A stretch of DNA of 50,241 nt from Actinomycetota bacterium (GCA_010030895.1 RHBS01000001.1:1-50241), one strand, 5' to 3'. Numbered from the stretch's first letter, positions 21,169 through 32,494 are shown. The notes: generated by a model from the sequence alone, not told the origin. Numbers and translations: made by a program.

Positions 21169-21891
21169 ATGGCAGAAGAGTCAGCGCTTAAGATTGCGAT
21201 TGCAGCCTCTGGGATGTCTATTGAAAAAATTTCAGATAAAACCAACATTAGAACGGCAGTCATTGAAGATTTACTCAATGACTCAGTTGAGGTTTGTGGC
21301 GGTATTGCGTATGCCAGAGGACATATCAGATCTATTGCAAAGGTAATTAAAGCCGATGCTGATTTGTTAGTTGCTGCCATAGAATCTGCTCAATCTGGAG
21401 ATAAGAAATTAATCATTGATCAATTAGCAGAAAATAATGTTGCTGATAAGAAAAAAGAAAAAAAGAAATTAAGATTTGGAACTTTAGCTTCAATTTCAGC
21501 AGCAGTACTAGGAATTGGATTTGTGGCTCAGATTGCAATAAATAATGTGTCAACGGTGAATGAATCCATTGTTTCTAACATCTCACAAAAGCCAAGTACG
21601 CAGAGTAAAGAATCTGCAGTTAATAATTTCGCAGGAGTAAATTTGGTACTAACTGCCGTAGCTGGAAATAGCTGGGTGGGATTAACAAATGCAAATGGTG
21701 ATCAGATTTTCAATGGTCAGATTTATTCTGGACAGTCTCAAACTTTTAATGACGCACAACTTATCAAAGCAGTTATTGGTAATGCCGGTGCTATTAAATT
21801 ACAGGTTAATGGTTCAGATCTTGGTTTAGCAGGTGCTAATGGGCAGGTTGTTAGGTTGGATTTTGGCACAAACGGCCTATCTCAGTCCTAA
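21169..21891 (+). CDS. rodZ: RodZ-like HTH/DUF4115 membrane protein
   Basis: N-terminal HTH (YARGHIRSIA), single TM helix, C-terminal IGNAGAIKLQVNG; ftsK-rodZ-rimO synteny. Confidence 0.8.
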   Translation: MAEESALKIAIAASGMSIEKISDKTNIRTAVIEDLLNDSVEVCGGIAYARGHIRSIAKVIKADADLLVAAIESAQSGDKKLIIDQLAENNVADKKKEKKKLRFGTLASISAAVLGIGFVAQIAINNVSTVNESIVSNISQKPSTQSKESAVNNFAGVNLVLTAVAGNSWVGLTNANGDQIFNGQIYSGQSQTFNDAQLIKAVIGNAGAIKLQVNGSDLGLAGANGQVVRLDFGTNGLSQS

Positions 21892-21931
21892 ATAGAAGTT
21901 AATTTAATTACCGCGCTATCCTTAGCGCATC

Positions 21932-23338
21932 GTGAGTTCAAAACTTGTAACTGAAAAATCACCCAGAACAGTCGCCTTGGTGACTTTAGGATGTGCACGA
22001 AATGAAACTGATTCTGAGGAGTTAGCAGGCAGATTAGCAGCAGATGGCTGGATGCTAGTAGATGATCCAAGTAAGGCTGAAATAGCAGTAATTAATACTT
22101 GTGGATTTATCGAAAGTGCAAAAAAGGATTCAATTGACGCATTAATGCAAGCACATTCATTAAAAGAAAATGGAGTTACAAAAGCAGTTGTTGCAGTTGG
22201 GTGTATGGCCGAGCGATATGGAAATGAATTAGCCAACGCACTTCCAGAGGCCGATGCAATTTTAGGCTTTGATGATTATCAAGATATTTCGGCAAGACTT
22301 TCAACAATAATCGACGGAGGAAAAATATCGGCTCATACGCCAAAAGATCGTAGAACCTTATTGCCAATTGCTCCAAGTCAGCGAGCAGAACAAAAAGCTG
22401 CATTAAAAGAGATCTCACCAATTGGAACTGTGCTTAGGAAGCGTTTAGATAATTCACCAATTTCACCACTAAAGATTGCAAGTGGATGTGATCGCAGATG
22501 CTCATTTTGCGCTATTCCATACTTTAGGGGTTCATTTGTTTCTCGATCACCAAAAGAGATAGTCGATGAGGCAAAATGGTTAGCTGACAACGGAGTAAGT
22601 GAGCTGTATTTGGTAAGTGAAAATACCACCTCTTATGGCAAAGATTTCGGGGATCTAAAATTGATGGAAAAACTACTGCCTCAGCTATCAAAAATTGATG
22701 CAATTAAAAGAATTCGTCTATCTTATTTACAGCCAGCTGAGGTACGGCCATCATTATTGCAAGCCATGGTTTCAGTAGAGAAAGTGGTTCCTTACTTTGA
22801 TCTCTCATTCCAGCATGCAAATGGTGACCTACTAAGAAGTATGCGTAGATTCGGAGATGGTGAAAAATTCCTTCACCTAATATCTCAAATTCGTGCCCTA
22901 GCTCCTGAAGCAGGTATTAGATCCAACTTTATAGTTGGTTTTCCTGGTGAAACTGATGCTCAGTTTATGGATTTAGTTGAATTTTTATCACAAGCACAGT
23001 TAGATGCAATTGGAGTGTTTGGTTACTCCGACGAGGATAAAACTGAAGGTATGAGTTTGCAAAATAAGGTAGCTCCTGAGGTTATTGGTGAACGCGTAGC
23101 TGAACTTTCAACATTAGTTGATGAATTAATCTCCCAGCGAGCTGAGGCTAGAGTTGGAGAAATGGTTACCGTATTAATTGAAGATGAAGAAGAGCAAGAG
23201 GGTAGAGCAGATCATCAAGGTCCAGATGTTGATGGCTCAACCTTCATTAAATCTAGAAACAGATATCGGATCGGAGAGTATGTAGAAGCGGTAGTTAGTG
23301 ATGTATCTGGCGTAGATTTGATAGCACAAGTAATATGA
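21932..23338 (+). CDS. rimO: Ribosomal protein S12 methylthiotransferase RimO
   Basis: [18 protein letters not shown], radical [15 protein letters not shown] domain with GPDVDG. Confidence 0.95.
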   Translation: MSSKLVTEKSPRTVALVTLGCARNETDSEELAGRLAADGWMLVDDPSKAEIAVINTCGFIESAKKDSIDALMQAHSLKENGVTKAVVAVGCMAERYGNELANALPEADAILGFDDYQDISARLSTIIDGGKISAHTPKDRRTLLPIAPSQRAEQKAALKEISPIGTVLRKRLDNSPISPLKIASGCDRRCSFCAIPYFRGSFVSRSPKEIVDEAKWLADNGVSELYLVSENTTSYGKDFGDLKLMEKLLPQLSKIDAIKRIRLSYLQPAEVRPSLLQAMVSVEKVVPYFDLSFQHANGDLLRSMRRFGDGEKFLHLISQIRALAPEAGIRSNFIVGFPGETDAQFMDLVEFLSQAQLDAIGVFGYSDEDKTEGMSLQNKVAPEVIGERVAELSTLVDELISQRAEARVGEMVTVLIEDEEEQEGRADHQGPDVDGSTFIKSRNRYRIGEYVEAVVSDVSGVDLIAQVI

Positions 23339-23877
23339 AAAAAGTTAGCCGCCCTAATCTTCCCAACTCACTCACAATTTTTAGAGTTCTGGCATTACCG
23401 TTTTGCGCCTATGCGCTCTTTAAGAATAATGGTCAAGATTCAGATTGGCGAATAATTGCATTTGCTTTATTTTTTATAGTGGGACTGAGTGATATTTTAG
23501 ATGGCAAAATTGCTAGGGATCGTAATCAGATAACCGAGCTGGGTAAATTACTTGATCCAATTGCTGATAAGGCCATGTTAGCCACAGCAACTATCGGTGC
23601 CTCAATTTTAGGAATGCTTTCTTGGTGGGTCACAATTGTGTTTTTGATTCGAGAAATTGCGGTAACAATACTTAGATTTGCAGTTATAAAAAAAGGTGTC
23701 ATTCCTGCTAGCCGTGGTGGCAAGCTAAAGAGTTTCTTTCAGAGTTTTGGCGTAGGATTTTACATTTTACCCCTGCCAACATATTTACACACCCCAAGAG
23801 ATTTATTTATGGCAGTTGCAGTTATATTGACTGTAAGTACCGGGATCGATTACTTCAGAAAGGCACTAACAAAGTGA
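23335..23877 (+). CDS. pgsA: CDP-diacylglycerol--glycerol-3-phosphate 3-phosphatidyltransferase
   Basis: NLPNSLT and DxxDGxxAR...[10 protein letters not shown] motifs. Confidence 0.93.
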   Translation: MKKVSRPNLPNSLTIFRVLALPFCAYALFKNNGQDSDWRIIAFALFFIVGLSDILDGKIARDRNQITELGKLLDPIADKAMLATATIGASILGMLSWWVTIVFLIREIAVTILRFAVIKKGVIPASRGGKLKSFFQSFGVGFYILPLPTYLHTPRDLFMAVAVILTVSTGIDYFRKALTK

Positions 23878-24350
23878 GTAAGAATGAACTTCCTAAATTA
23901 GTAGTCAAGCGGCTGCAAAAAATTGGTAAAAGTTTATCTGTTGCTGAATCGATCACAGCTGGTGGAATAGCAAATCAAATCACTGAAGTACCTGGGTCAT
24001 CTAAGGTATTTTACGGTGGGGTAATTGCATATAGTGATGAAAGTAAAATTTCCCAGCTAGATGTAAAAACTGCCGATATCAAGAGATTTACATCTGTATC
24101 TGAGCAGGTGGCAATTGAAATGGCAAATAATGTCAGGAAAAAATTTAAGACAGATTTTGCAATCTCTACTACCGGAGTGGCAGGGCCAGGTAAGGCCTAT
24201 GGGCAAAAGGCGGGAACGGTGTGGATCGGTATTTCTTCACAAAAAGAGAGCTTTGCCGTATCACTCTTACTATCTGGGGATCGAGAAATGATTCGCCACG
24301 CGACAATTACCAGCGCTTTAGCAGCCTTAGAGCGTATTCTTAAGCCGTGA
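23874..24350 (+). CDS. cinA: CinA/PncC family NMN deamidase (C-terminal domain only)
   Basis: VAESITAG and STTGVAGP motifs. Confidence 0.9.
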   Translation: MSKNELPKLVVKRLQKIGKSLSVAESITAGGIANQITEVPGSSKVFYGGVIAYSDESKISQLDVKTADIKRFTSVSEQVAIEMANNVRKKFKTDFAISTTGVAGPGKAYGQKAGTVWIGISSQKESFAVSLLLSGDREMIRHATITSALAALERILKP

Positions 24351-24631
24351 TACTTCTACGCACCCATATTGGTAGTGCCCTTCGCGCTGCCCGCATCGAA
24401 CAGGGTAGGACATTGCGGGATGTAGCAAAGAGCGCTCGCGTCTCCCTCGGCTATCTATCTGAGGTAGAGCGTGGTCATAAAGAAGCTTCAAGTGAATTGC
24501 TTAACTCAATTTGTTCAGCCCTAGATCTTTCTCTCTCCACAATCTTGGTTGATGTTGCAACTGTGGTTAAAACCCACGAATCCCCAGTATTGACTATCTC
24601 AACTTTGCAAGTGGTCGAGACCGCAGCTTAA
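24347..24631 (+). CDS. clgR: XRE-family HTH regulator, ClgR-like
   Basis: [31 protein letters not shown]; pgsA-cinA-clgR synteny. Confidence 0.8.
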   Translation: MILLRTHIGSALRAARIEQGRTLRDVAKSARVSLGYLSEVERGHKEASSELLNSICSALDLSLSTILVDVATVVKTHESPVLTISTLQVVETAA

Positions 24632-24632
24632 A

Positions 24633-25172
24633 TTGTCTGCTCAGCCGGCGTTTGCTCCATACGCCCGCCAAAACGCAACCAGCAACAAATCACGTATCGC
24701 TATCTTTGCTGGTGCTAAAGCTGTAGTTACTGAGGTTGGAAATTATCAATCAAATATTTCAGATATTGCTTTACGTGCCCAGGTTTCAAAGGCGACTATT
24801 TATAATCAATTTGCAGATAAAGCTGAGATGATGGAATGCCTGGTGGAGTTTGAGGTTGAAAGATTAGTTGCGCTTGGTTTATCAGCCTCATCTCGCCAAG
24901 AGGCGCTGTATCAGCTCTCTATTGCAATCTCTCAAGATTTAGCATTGCGCAAATTAGTTGAAACCGATCCAACCGATATTGCGAAATTGGTTACAGTTTC
25001 AAACCATCCAACCTGGGTAGTGGCCCACAAGGGAATTGCAAAGATTTTTGGTTCAGACTCAGCAGCCTGTGGAGTTGTGCTGCGTTGGTTAATTGGTCAG
25101 ATTGCCTCACCCATTACCCAGGAGGAGTCATTAGCCCAATCAAAGCGTTTGGCAAACACCTTATTCCAGTAG
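24633..25172 (+). CDS. TetR/AcrR family transcriptional regulator
   Basis: ISDIALRAQVSKATIYNQFADK HTH; start codon uncertain. Confidence 0.8.
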   Translation: MSAQPAFAPYARQNATSNKSRIAIFAGAKAVVTEVGNYQSNISDIALRAQVSKATIYNQFADKAEMMECLVEFEVERLVALGLSASSRQEALYQLSIAISQDLALRKLVETDPTDIAKLVTVSNHPTWVVAHKGIAKIFGSDSAACGVVLRWLIGQIASPITQEESLAQSKRLANTLFQ

Positions 25173-25216
25173 GAGTAGAAGTAATTGTCTAATGGATTCA
25201 CAGTAATTAATTGAAT

Positions 25217-25408
25217 ATGCGCATTTCAGAGCTTCGGAATCGACTTTCTGCCTACTTTCCAGATTCTGATACCTATGCCAGAGATATCATCCATAGCGAA
25301 TTAGGTGGCATCAGTGTTAACGCTGCGATTGAGCTGGGGATGGAGCCAGATGAGATTTGGAAGGCGGTTGTCAGACATAACCCAGCGATGCCGCAGCAAT
25401 ACAGATAA
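25217..25408 (+). CDS. DUF3046 domain protein
   Basis: MRISE...YARD...SELGG...AIELG...IWKAV pattern; conserved upstream of actinobacterial recA. Confidence 0.8.
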   Translation: MRISELRNRLSAYFPDSDTYARDIIHSELGGISVNAAIELGMEPDEIWKAVVRHNPAMPQQYR

Positions 25409-25436
25409 CGGCGTGTCCTAGCCGATATTTACCCCT

Positions 25437-25452
25437 TCGAACAGTTGTTCGA
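25437..25452 (+). promoter_or_regulatory. LexA SOS box upstream of recA
   Basis: TCGAAC-AGTT-GTTCGA, a perfect match to the actinobacterial consensus; -10 TACAAT follows at 25453-25458. Confidence 0.9.
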
Positions 25453-25510
25453 TACAATTATCCTGCCCAACCAGAGCGGTTCCACAGTTCCGCTGGCACC
25501 CTAAGCCAGC

Positions 25511-25532
25511 CGTCAGTGAGTTTCCGTACCTT
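25511..25532 (+). promoter_or_regulatory. RecA-NDp (PafBC-type) DNA-damage promoter
   Basis: cGTCAG-N10-TACCTT versus consensus TGTCRG-N10-TANNNT, one mismatch; lies proximal to recA. Confidence 0.6.
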
Positions 25533-25612
25533 CTGGACCGAACAATATGACCTCGCTAGTGGAAGTTAGATTCCAAGTAGCTGGTCAAGGAGAAGAAAGG
25601 AAGTAAATCTTT

Positions 25613-26707
25613 ATGGCCTCTGCAAATAGAGAACCACAAGATGATAAAAAAGAAGATAAACGATCTAGTGATCGTTCTAAATCCCTAGATACCGCCCTTG
25701 CCCAAATCGAGCGTCAGTTCGGCAAAGGATCTGTGATGAAAATGGGAGAGCGAAAAGCTGTCGCGATGGAGGTTATCCCAACTGGTTCAGTTGCTTTAGA
25801 TATCGCACTTGGCGTTGGTGGTTTACCACGCGGACGAGTTGTTGAGATTTATGGCCCAGAATCATCAGGTAAAACAACTGTTGCTTTACATGCAATTGCG
25901 AATGCCCAAAAAGCTGGGGGCATTGCTGCATTTATTGATGCCGAGCATGCATTAGATCCTGAGTATGCAAAGAAGCTAGGTGTTGATATTGATGCACTAT
26001 TAGTTTCTCAACCAGATACCGGTGAGCAAGCACTTGAAATTATGGATATGTTAGTTAGATCAGGTGCAATTGATATTGTTGTAGTTGACTCAGTTGCAGC
26101 ATTGGTACCAAGAGCTGAAATTGAGGGTGAAATGGGTGACTCTCACATGGGTCTACAAGCTCGTCTTATGTCCCAAGCACTTCGTAAAATGACTGGTGCA
26201 CTGCACCAATCAAATACCACTGCAATCTTTATTAACCAGCTACGCGACAAGATCGGTGTCTTCTTTGGATCACCAGAGACAACAACTGGTGGAAAAGCTC
26301 TTAAGTTTTACGCATCAGTTCGTATGGATGTGCGTCGAATTGAGACCTTAAAAGATGGCCAAGATGCTGTTGGTAATAGAACTCGAGTAAAGATTGTTAA
26401 GAACAAGGTAGCGCCACCATTTAAGCAAGCAGAGTTTGACATCATTTACGGAGTTGGAATTAGCCGTGAGGGGTCATTAATTGATCTTGGCGTTGAGGCT
26501 GGGATTGTTAAAAAATCTGGCGCCTGGTTTACCTATGAGGGTGACCAATTAGGTCAGGGTAAAGAGAATGCTAGAGCTTTCTTAATTGATAACCCAGATC
26601 TAGCAAATGAAATTGAGACAAAGATCCGAGCATCATATGTGCCTGCTGAAATCGACCCTGCTCTAGTAGCAGCTGTTGATGAAGCGACCGCTGATGTTGA
26701 GTTTTAA
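25613..26707 (+). CDS. recA: Recombinase RecA
   Basis: [20 protein letters not shown] and [10 protein letters not shown] motifs; no intein. Confidence 0.99.
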   Translation: MASANREPQDDKKEDKRSSDRSKSLDTALAQIERQFGKGSVMKMGERKAVAMEVIPTGSVALDIALGVGGLPRGRVVEIYGPESSGKTTVALHAIANAQKAGGIAAFIDAEHALDPEYAKKLGVDIDALLVSQPDTGEQALEIMDMLVRSGAIDIVVVDSVAALVPRAEIEGEMGDSHMGLQARLMSQALRKMTGALHQSNTTAIFINQLRDKIGVFFGSPETTTGGKALKFYASVRMDVRRIETLKDGQDAVGNRTRVKIVKNKVAPPFKQAEFDIIYGVGISREGSLIDLGVEAGIVKKSGAWFTYEGDQLGQGKENARAFLIDNPDLANEIETKIRASYVPAEIDPALVAAVDEATADVEF

Positions 26708-26729
26708 TCTCTAACAATTAAAACACACC

Positions 26730-27218
26730 TTGAAAAAATCTCAAGATGTAGTAGCTGATCCCTACTCTGAGGCGATGTCACTTGCTTTATATGCATTGGC
26801 ACCACGCGCAAAGAGTAGGGATGAGTTACTTAAGCAGCTATTAAAACGTGGCGTAGATGGTGAGATCGCTAATTCAGTTTTAGATTCCCTTGAGTTGCAA
26901 GGGTTATTAAATGATTTAGAGTTTGCAAAATTATGGTCAGAGTCCAGGCAGCGATCCAAGAAATTAAGTAAGCGCGTGATTGCCGGTGAACTTCGAAGCA
27001 AGGGAGTTTCGCAGGACATAATAAATGAAGTAATTGATGAGATTGATGATGCCAGTGAGTATGCGCAAGCTTTGTTATTGGCGCAGAGAAAATTTGAATC
27101 AATATCCCATTTAGATCCGGAGGTGGTTTACCGCAGAGTTTCAGGGCTATTGATGCGAAAAGGTTATAGCCATGGGATTTGCGCCAAAATTATGCGGGAG
27201 TTAACTGGTAATAATTAA
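26730..27218 (+). CDS. recX: Regulatory protein RecX
   Basis: LNDLEFA, ELRSKGV and LMRKGYS motifs; follows recA. Confidence 0.9.
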   Translation: MKKSQDVVADPYSEAMSLALYALAPRAKSRDELLKQLLKRGVDGEIANSVLDSLELQGLLNDLEFAKLWSESRQRSKKLSKRVIAGELRSKGVSQDIINEVIDEIDDASEYAQALLLAQRKFESISHLDPEVVYRRVSGLLMRKGYSHGICAKIMRELTGNN

Positions 27219-27222
27219 CAAG

Positions 27223-27228
27223 TAGAAT
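27223..27228 (+). promoter_or_regulatory. -10 (TAGAAT) of probable leaderless miaB transcript
   Basis: 6 nt before GTG 27235; no SD. Confidence 0.6.
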
Positions 27229-27234
27229 TACACC

Positions 27235-28671
27235 GTGCCTACCTTTGTAGTTGAAACTTACGGTTGCCAGATGAATGTTCATGACTCTGAGAGAATCGCT
27301 GGCTTGCTGTTAGATGCTGGCTACACCCAGGCACTGGCAGATACTCAACCTGATCTTGTAGTTTTTAATACCTGTGCGGTAAGGGAAAATGCTGATAATA
27401 AACTTTATGGAAATCTTTCATTTTTAGCACCACGGAAGAAGAGTGATCCTAATTTCCAAATTGCAGTTGGTGGCTGTATGGCGCAAAAGGATAAGGATTT
27501 AATCATCAAGAAAGCGCCATATGTTGATGTGGTTTTTGGAACTCACAATATTGGATCTTTGCCAGTCTTATTGGAGCGAGCAAGAGTTGAAGAGTCGGCA
27601 CAGGTTGAGATTAAGGAATCTCTTGAGCATTTTCCCTCAACCTTACCTGTAAAAAGAGACTCAGCATTTTCTTCCTGGGTATCAATTTCAGTTGGCTGTA
27701 ATAACACCTGCACCTTCTGCATAGTTCCGCAATTGCGGGGTATTGAAAAAGATCGCCCTGCAGGTGAGATTCTTAAAGAGATTCAAACTCTTGTTAGTCA
27801 AGGAGTAATCGAGATAACTTTGCTTGGCCAAAATGTAAATGCATATGGCGTGGAGTTTGGTGATCGCCTGGCATTTTCAAAGCTCTTAAAAGAGTGTGGA
27901 AAAATTGATGGATTAGAACGAGTTAGATTTATGTCTCCGCACCCAAGAGATTTTACCGACGATGTTATAGAGGCAATGGCTGAGAGTAAAAATGTGATGC
28001 CTCACCTTCATATGCCCCTGCAATCAGGTAGCGATAAAGTTTTACAGTCAATGCGCAGGTCATATCGAAGAGATCGATACTTAGGGATTTTAGAAAAAGT
28101 AAGAGGTTCCATTCCAAATGCCGCCATTACTACCGACATAATTGTTGGTTTTCCAGGCGAAACTGAGTTAGATTTTGAACAAACCATTGATTTAGTAAAA
28201 CAAGCTAAATTTTCTGCCGCCTACACATTCCAATACTCAAAACGTCCTGGAACACCTGCAGCCTTAATGCCTGATCAAGTAACACCAGAGGTGATGGCAG
28301 ATCGCTATAACCGTCTACACAAAATTCAACAAGAGATCTCTAAGAAGGAGAATGAAAAATTGATCGGTAAAACCGTCGAGTTATTAGTCTCTGGTCATGA
28401 AGGTCGTCACGATATTGATATGAATAGAATGAATGGTAGAAGTCGAGATTTTAGATTGACACATTTTGATAACTCAGCAAAACAAGCTCGTCCGGGAGAT
28501 TTAGTTGAGGTTAAAGTTGAGGAGGCCTTCGCTAATCACATTGTCGCAGGAGAGCCGATTAAGGTGACAAAGACCGCTGGGTCAGCTGCTCACGCTGCTT
28601 GGGTAGAAGATAATGGTGATAAAAAAATACTCTTGGGAATTCCAACACTTGCATCACTTAAATCGCTATAA
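27235..28671 (+). CDS. miaB: tRNA-2-methylthio-N6-dimethylallyladenosine synthase MiaB
   Basis: [21 protein letters not shown] and CNNTCTFC motifs; TRAM domain. Confidence 0.97.
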   Translation: MPTFVVETYGCQMNVHDSERIAGLLLDAGYTQALADTQPDLVVFNTCAVRENADNKLYGNLSFLAPRKKSDPNFQIAVGGCMAQKDKDLIIKKAPYVDVVFGTHNIGSLPVLLERARVEESAQVEIKESLEHFPSTLPVKRDSAFSSWVSISVGCNNTCTFCIVPQLRGIEKDRPAGEILKEIQTLVSQGVIEITLLGQNVNAYGVEFGDRLAFSKLLKECGKIDGLERVRFMSPHPRDFTDDVIEAMAESKNVMPHLHMPLQSGSDKVLQSMRRSYRRDRYLGILEKVRGSIPNAAITTDIIVGFPGETELDFEQTIDLVKQAKFSAAYTFQYSKRPGTPAALMPDQVTPEVMADRYNRLHKIQQEISKKENEKLIGKTVELLVSGHEGRHDIDMNRMNGRSRDFRLTHFDNSAKQARPGDLVEVKVEEAFANHIVAGEPIKVTKTAGSAAHAAWVEDNGDKKILLGIPTLASLKSL

Positions 28672-29574
28672 ATGAAGTTAATAGTAATTTGTGGTGCTAC
28701 TGCAACTGGTAAGAGTGATTTAGCAGTATCGGTTGCAAAAGAGATTAATGCAGAGGTTATCAATGCAGATTCAATGCAACTTTATAAGGGTATGGATATT
28801 GGTACAGCTAAACTATCTCTCTCAGAACGAAAAGGTATCGAACACCATTTGATAGATATCCTTGAGATTAAAGATGATGCAAATGTTGCGTGGTATCAAA
28901 GTATTGCTCGAAGTAAAATAGATGAGTTAATTTCAGCTGGCAAATCTGTAGTGGTTGTAGGTGGAACAGGCTTATATATCAAAGCAATTTTGGATGATCT
29001 AAATTTTCCTGATACTAATCCAGAACTTCGTCAAAAAATTACTGTGGAAGCAGAAAATCTGGGAAATGAGATTATGCATCAAAAGTTATCTAAATTAGAT
29101 CCGGCAGCAGCTCTGGCAATTCCAAAGGAGAATTTGAGAAGAATTATCAGAGCCTTAGAGGTGATTGAGTTGACTGGTAAACCATTTACTGCAAACTTGC
29201 CTAGAGCTGCCAGTAGCAAGTATCCAAATGCCCTGCAATTTGGATTAGCCCTCGACCGAGATCACCTTGATCAGAAAATTGATAAGCGAGTTGAAGCTAT
29301 GTGGGAGAAGGGATTCGCTCGTGAGGTATCACTACTTATGACTTTAGGATTAGAACAATCAACCACTGCAAAAAAGGCACTTGGGTATAGTCAGTTAATG
29401 GATTACTTAAATGGCGAATGTAGTGAAGAATTTGCAAAAGAGGAGACTAAGCGAAGTACTAAGGCGTATGCCAGACGTCAACAAACTTGGTTTGCTAGAG
29501 ATTCTAGAATTAATTGGATTGATGCCGCCTCAACATCTGCTCAATTAGAAAAACTCTTGGCTAGTATTAATTAA
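28672..29574 (+). CDS. miaA: tRNA dimethylallyltransferase
   Basis: GATATGKS, DSMQLYKGMDIGTAK, VGGTGLY and YARRQQTWF motifs. Confidence 0.97.
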   Translation: MKLIVICGATATGKSDLAVSVAKEINAEVINADSMQLYKGMDIGTAKLSLSERKGIEHHLIDILEIKDDANVAWYQSIARSKIDELISAGKSVVVVGGTGLYIKAILDDLNFPDTNPELRQKITVEAENLGNEIMHQKLSKLDPAAALAIPKENLRRIIRALEVIELTGKPFTANLPRAASSKYPNALQFGLALDRDHLDQKIDKRVEAMWEKGFAREVSLLMTLGLEQSTTAKKALGYSQLMDYLNGECSEEFAKEETKRSTKAYARRQQTWFARDSRINWIDAASTSAQLEKLLASIN

Positions 29575-30368
29575 TGGTCTCAGCAACTTATGGGCACGGT
29601 ACTCACAATGATTTTGTAGTGGTCTTTGATCCAGAAAATAAAATTTCATTTTCTCCAGAACAAATAAGGAAAATTTGTGATCGTAAATTTGGAGTGGGAA
29701 GTGATGGCTTCATTAAAATTATCAAAGTAGATGGCGCTTGGTTTATGGATTACTCAAACTCTGATGGATCAGTAGCTGAAATGTGTGGCAATGGCATAAG
29801 AGTTATGGCCCGATACCTTGTTGATCGTGGACATCAAGTCAGTGGAATTTATGCTATTAATACTCGAGATGGTCGAAAATTTCTATCTGTTCCAGAGACA
29901 GGTGATATCTCAGTAAACATGGGAAAAGTTACGCAGGTAAGTGGTGAAGTATCGGTAGTCCAAAACTCAAAAACCTATTTCGGCTTTAACATTGATGTTG
30001 GTAATCCTCATGCTGTGGTATTCACTGATGACATGGATTTGGTGGGGGAGCTTAAAAATCCGCCAATTGTTTTACCTGATGATATTTATCCCGAAGGAGT
30101 AAATATTGAGTTTGTTGAGTTTTTAAGTAATGGTGAGTTAAAGATGAGGGTTTTAGAGCGTGGAGTTGGTGAAACACAATCTTGTGGCACCGGTACCTGT
30201 GCGGTGGCTTTGGCTGCGACGATTAAAAGTAACAAGGCATTGCCAATTAAATGGGTAATCAACCCACCAGGGGGAAGGTTGATTGTGGAAATTGATGGAC
30301 ACAGCAATGCCACATTAAGCGGCCCAGCAGTTCTAGTTAAGGATGTGGAATTGGATCAATATTTGTGA
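29574..30368 (+). CDS. dapF: Diaminopimelate epimerase
   Basis: HGTHNDF, EMCGNG, GNPH and ERGVGETQSCGTG motifs. Confidence 0.97.
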   Translation: MVSATYGHGTHNDFVVVFDPENKISFSPEQIRKICDRKFGVGSDGFIKIIKVDGAWFMDYSNSDGSVAEMCGNGIRVMARYLVDRGHQVSGIYAINTRDGRKFLSVPETGDISVNMGKVTQVSGEVSVVQNSKTYFGFNIDVGNPHAVVFTDDMDLVGELKNPPIVLPDDIYPEGVNIEFVEFLSNGELKMRVLERGVGETQSCGTGTCAVALAATIKSNKALPIKWVINPPGGRLIVEIDGHSNATLSGPAVLVKDVELDQYL

Positions 30369-31813
30369 GTGATTCTAAGTTTGATAAATCTACTGGTCTT
30401 GAAATAGATATTGATTCACTGATTCGTGAAAATGCACAAGCTGTTGCTGATTATGAACTCAACGAGACTCCAGAGAGTGCAAATCAAGATTTACAAGATC
30501 GACAAGCTTTACGCCGAGTAAGTGGATTATCAACTGAATTACAAGATGTATCTGATGCTGAGTATCGACAACTTCGCTTAGAAAAAGTTGTACTAGTGGG
30601 AGTCTGGACTGAGGGTAGTGCTAAGGATGCAGATAATTCTATTAAAGAGTTAGCAGCACTTGCTGAAACTGCTGGCTCTCAAGTTATGGAGGCATTAATT
30701 CAGCGCAGAGATAAACCAGATTCGGCAACTTTTATTGGTTCTGGAAAAGTTAACGAAGTTAGGCAAGCTGTTGTTGCAACTGGAGCAGATACCGTAGTTT
30801 GTGACGGAGAATTATCTCCAGCACAACTTAGAACCCTGGAACAAAAAGTTAAAGTCAAGGTAATTGATAGAACTGCATTGATTTTAGATATTTTTGCCCA
30901 ACATGCCAAGAGTCGAGAGGGTAAGGCGCAAGTTGAGTTAGCTCAAATGTCATACATGCTTCCAAGACTACGTGGTTGGGGTGAATCATTATCTAGACAA
31001 GCAGGTGGTATTGGTGGTCGTGGACCTGGTGAAACTAAAATTGAAACTGATCGAAGAAGAATTAATGACAAAATGTCAAAGCTTCGAAGAGAAATTAAAG
31101 ATATGAAAATTTCTCGCGATACTAAAAGAAGTGAAAGACGTAAAAACAATATTCCATCTGTGGCAATTGCTGGCTACACAAATGCCGGAAAATCATCGCT
31201 CCTTAATAGATTGACTGGGTCAGATGTTTTAGTAGAAAACGCATTGTTTGCAACCTTAGACCCAACTGTAAGAAAAACAGAGAGTTCTGATGGTCGTATT
31301 TACACACTAGTCGACACTGTAGGTTTTGTTCGACATCTACCTCACCAATTAGTTGAAGCATTCAAATCAACTCTCGAAGAGGTTTCAGAGTCAGACTTAA
31401 TAGTGCATGTTGTAGATGGTTCTCATCCAGATCCGTTTGAACAAATACGGGCCGTTCGCCAAGTTATAACTGAAATTGGTGGTGGTGAAATAATGGAGAT
31501 TATTGCAATCAATAAAGCTGATGTGGCTTCGCCTGAGGTTTTGATGGAAATACTCCGGAAAGAAAGTAATGCCTATGCCATCTCTGCCCGCACTGGATAC
31601 GGAATTGATAATCTAATAAGAGCAATTGAACAAGCATTACCAAAACCTAAGGTGGAGATTAAGGCAATTATTCCCTTTAACAGGGGAGATCTGGTGAGTG
31701 CAATTCATGAGCAGGGAGAGATTATTTCAGAGGAGTATCTACCAGAAGGAACAAGATTACATGCAATGGTAGGTGGCGCATTAGCTAGAAAAATCGAGAT
31801 GATTAATCTATAA
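30365..31813 (+). CDS. hflX: GTPase HflX
   Basis: RGPGETKIETDRR, GYTNAGKS, LFATLDPT and DTVGF motifs. Confidence 0.97.
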   Translation: MSDSKFDKSTGLEIDIDSLIRENAQAVADYELNETPESANQDLQDRQALRRVSGLSTELQDVSDAEYRQLRLEKVVLVGVWTEGSAKDADNSIKELAALAETAGSQVMEALIQRRDKPDSATFIGSGKVNEVRQAVVATGADTVVCDGELSPAQLRTLEQKVKVKVIDRTALILDIFAQHAKSREGKAQVELAQMSYMLPRLRGWGESLSRQAGGIGGRGPGETKIETDRRRINDKMSKLRREIKDMKISRDTKRSERRKNNIPSVAIAGYTNAGKSSLLNRLTGSDVLVENALFATLDPTVRKTESSDGRIYTLVDTVGFVRHLPHQLVEAFKSTLEEVSESDLIVHVVDGSHPDPFEQIRAVRQVITEIGGGEIMEIIAINKADVASPEVLMEILRKESNAYAISARTGYGIDNLIRAIEQALPKPKVEIKAIIPFNRGDLVSAIHEQGEIISEEYLPEGTRLHAMVGGALARKIEMINL

Positions 31814-31912
31814 AATCACTTATTGGAATTAGAATCTAACTAGTTGTAATTTATATATCCACAAAATCTATAAATTTAAGTATTAATTAGTAAAAGTATA
31901 TTTAATTTGCAC

Positions 31913-32494
31913 ATGATTGAATTCAATTTAACTTCTGAACAAAAACGAGGATTAATTTTTGTGTTTGCCGCAATGATTGGTTTAGGTGGATTTTACTTCC
32001 TTAATTCAAGGCCAACTCTTGAGCAAGCAGCTATCAATATTGCAGAACCAATTCCGCAACAATCTCTTGCCACCCAATTAATTATCAATGTGGCTGGAAA
32101 AGTTTTAAATCCTGGTGTTTATCAATTACCTCAGGGCTCTAGAGTTATCGATGCTCTCAAGGCTGCTGGCAATCAATTAAAGGGTGTAGATATTAGTGAC
32201 ATCAATCTTGCTCGAGTGTTAGTTGATGGTGAGCAAATTCTTATTGGTGCAAGCAATCACACAAGCTTAAAAGCTAAGCCTAAGAAGGTTACTGTTGATA
32301 ATCCACTTGATCTTAATCAAGCAACTCTTGCCCAATTAGATACTTTGCCGGGTATTGGTCCGGTAACTAGTCAGCGAATTATTGATTATCGTAAAAAAGT
32401 TGGCCGTATAAATTCTGTAGATGAGCTAAAGAAAATATCTGGATTGGGTGGGGCAAAATTCGAAGAGATAAAACCCTTGCTCCGAGTCCTTTAA
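31913..32494 (+). CDS. comEA: ComEA family DNA-binding protein
   Basis: N-terminal TM, SLBB domain (VAGKVLNPGVY, INLARVLVDGEQI), HhH (LDTLPGIGP). Confidence 0.93.
   Translation: MIEFNLTSEQKRGLIFVFAAMIGLGGFYFLNSRPTLEQAAINIAEPIPQQSLATQLIINVAGKVLNPGVYQLPQGSRVIDALKAAGNQLKGVDISDINLARVLVDGEQILIGASNHTSLKAKPKKVTVDNPLDLNQATLAQLDTLPGIGPVTSQRIIDYRKKVGRINSVDELKKISGLGGAKFEEIKPLLRVL

Noticed and set aside
25613-25680. Charged N-terminal extension of RecA; possible intein
   Set aside because: Short variable termini are common, and the 364-aa length excludes an intein.
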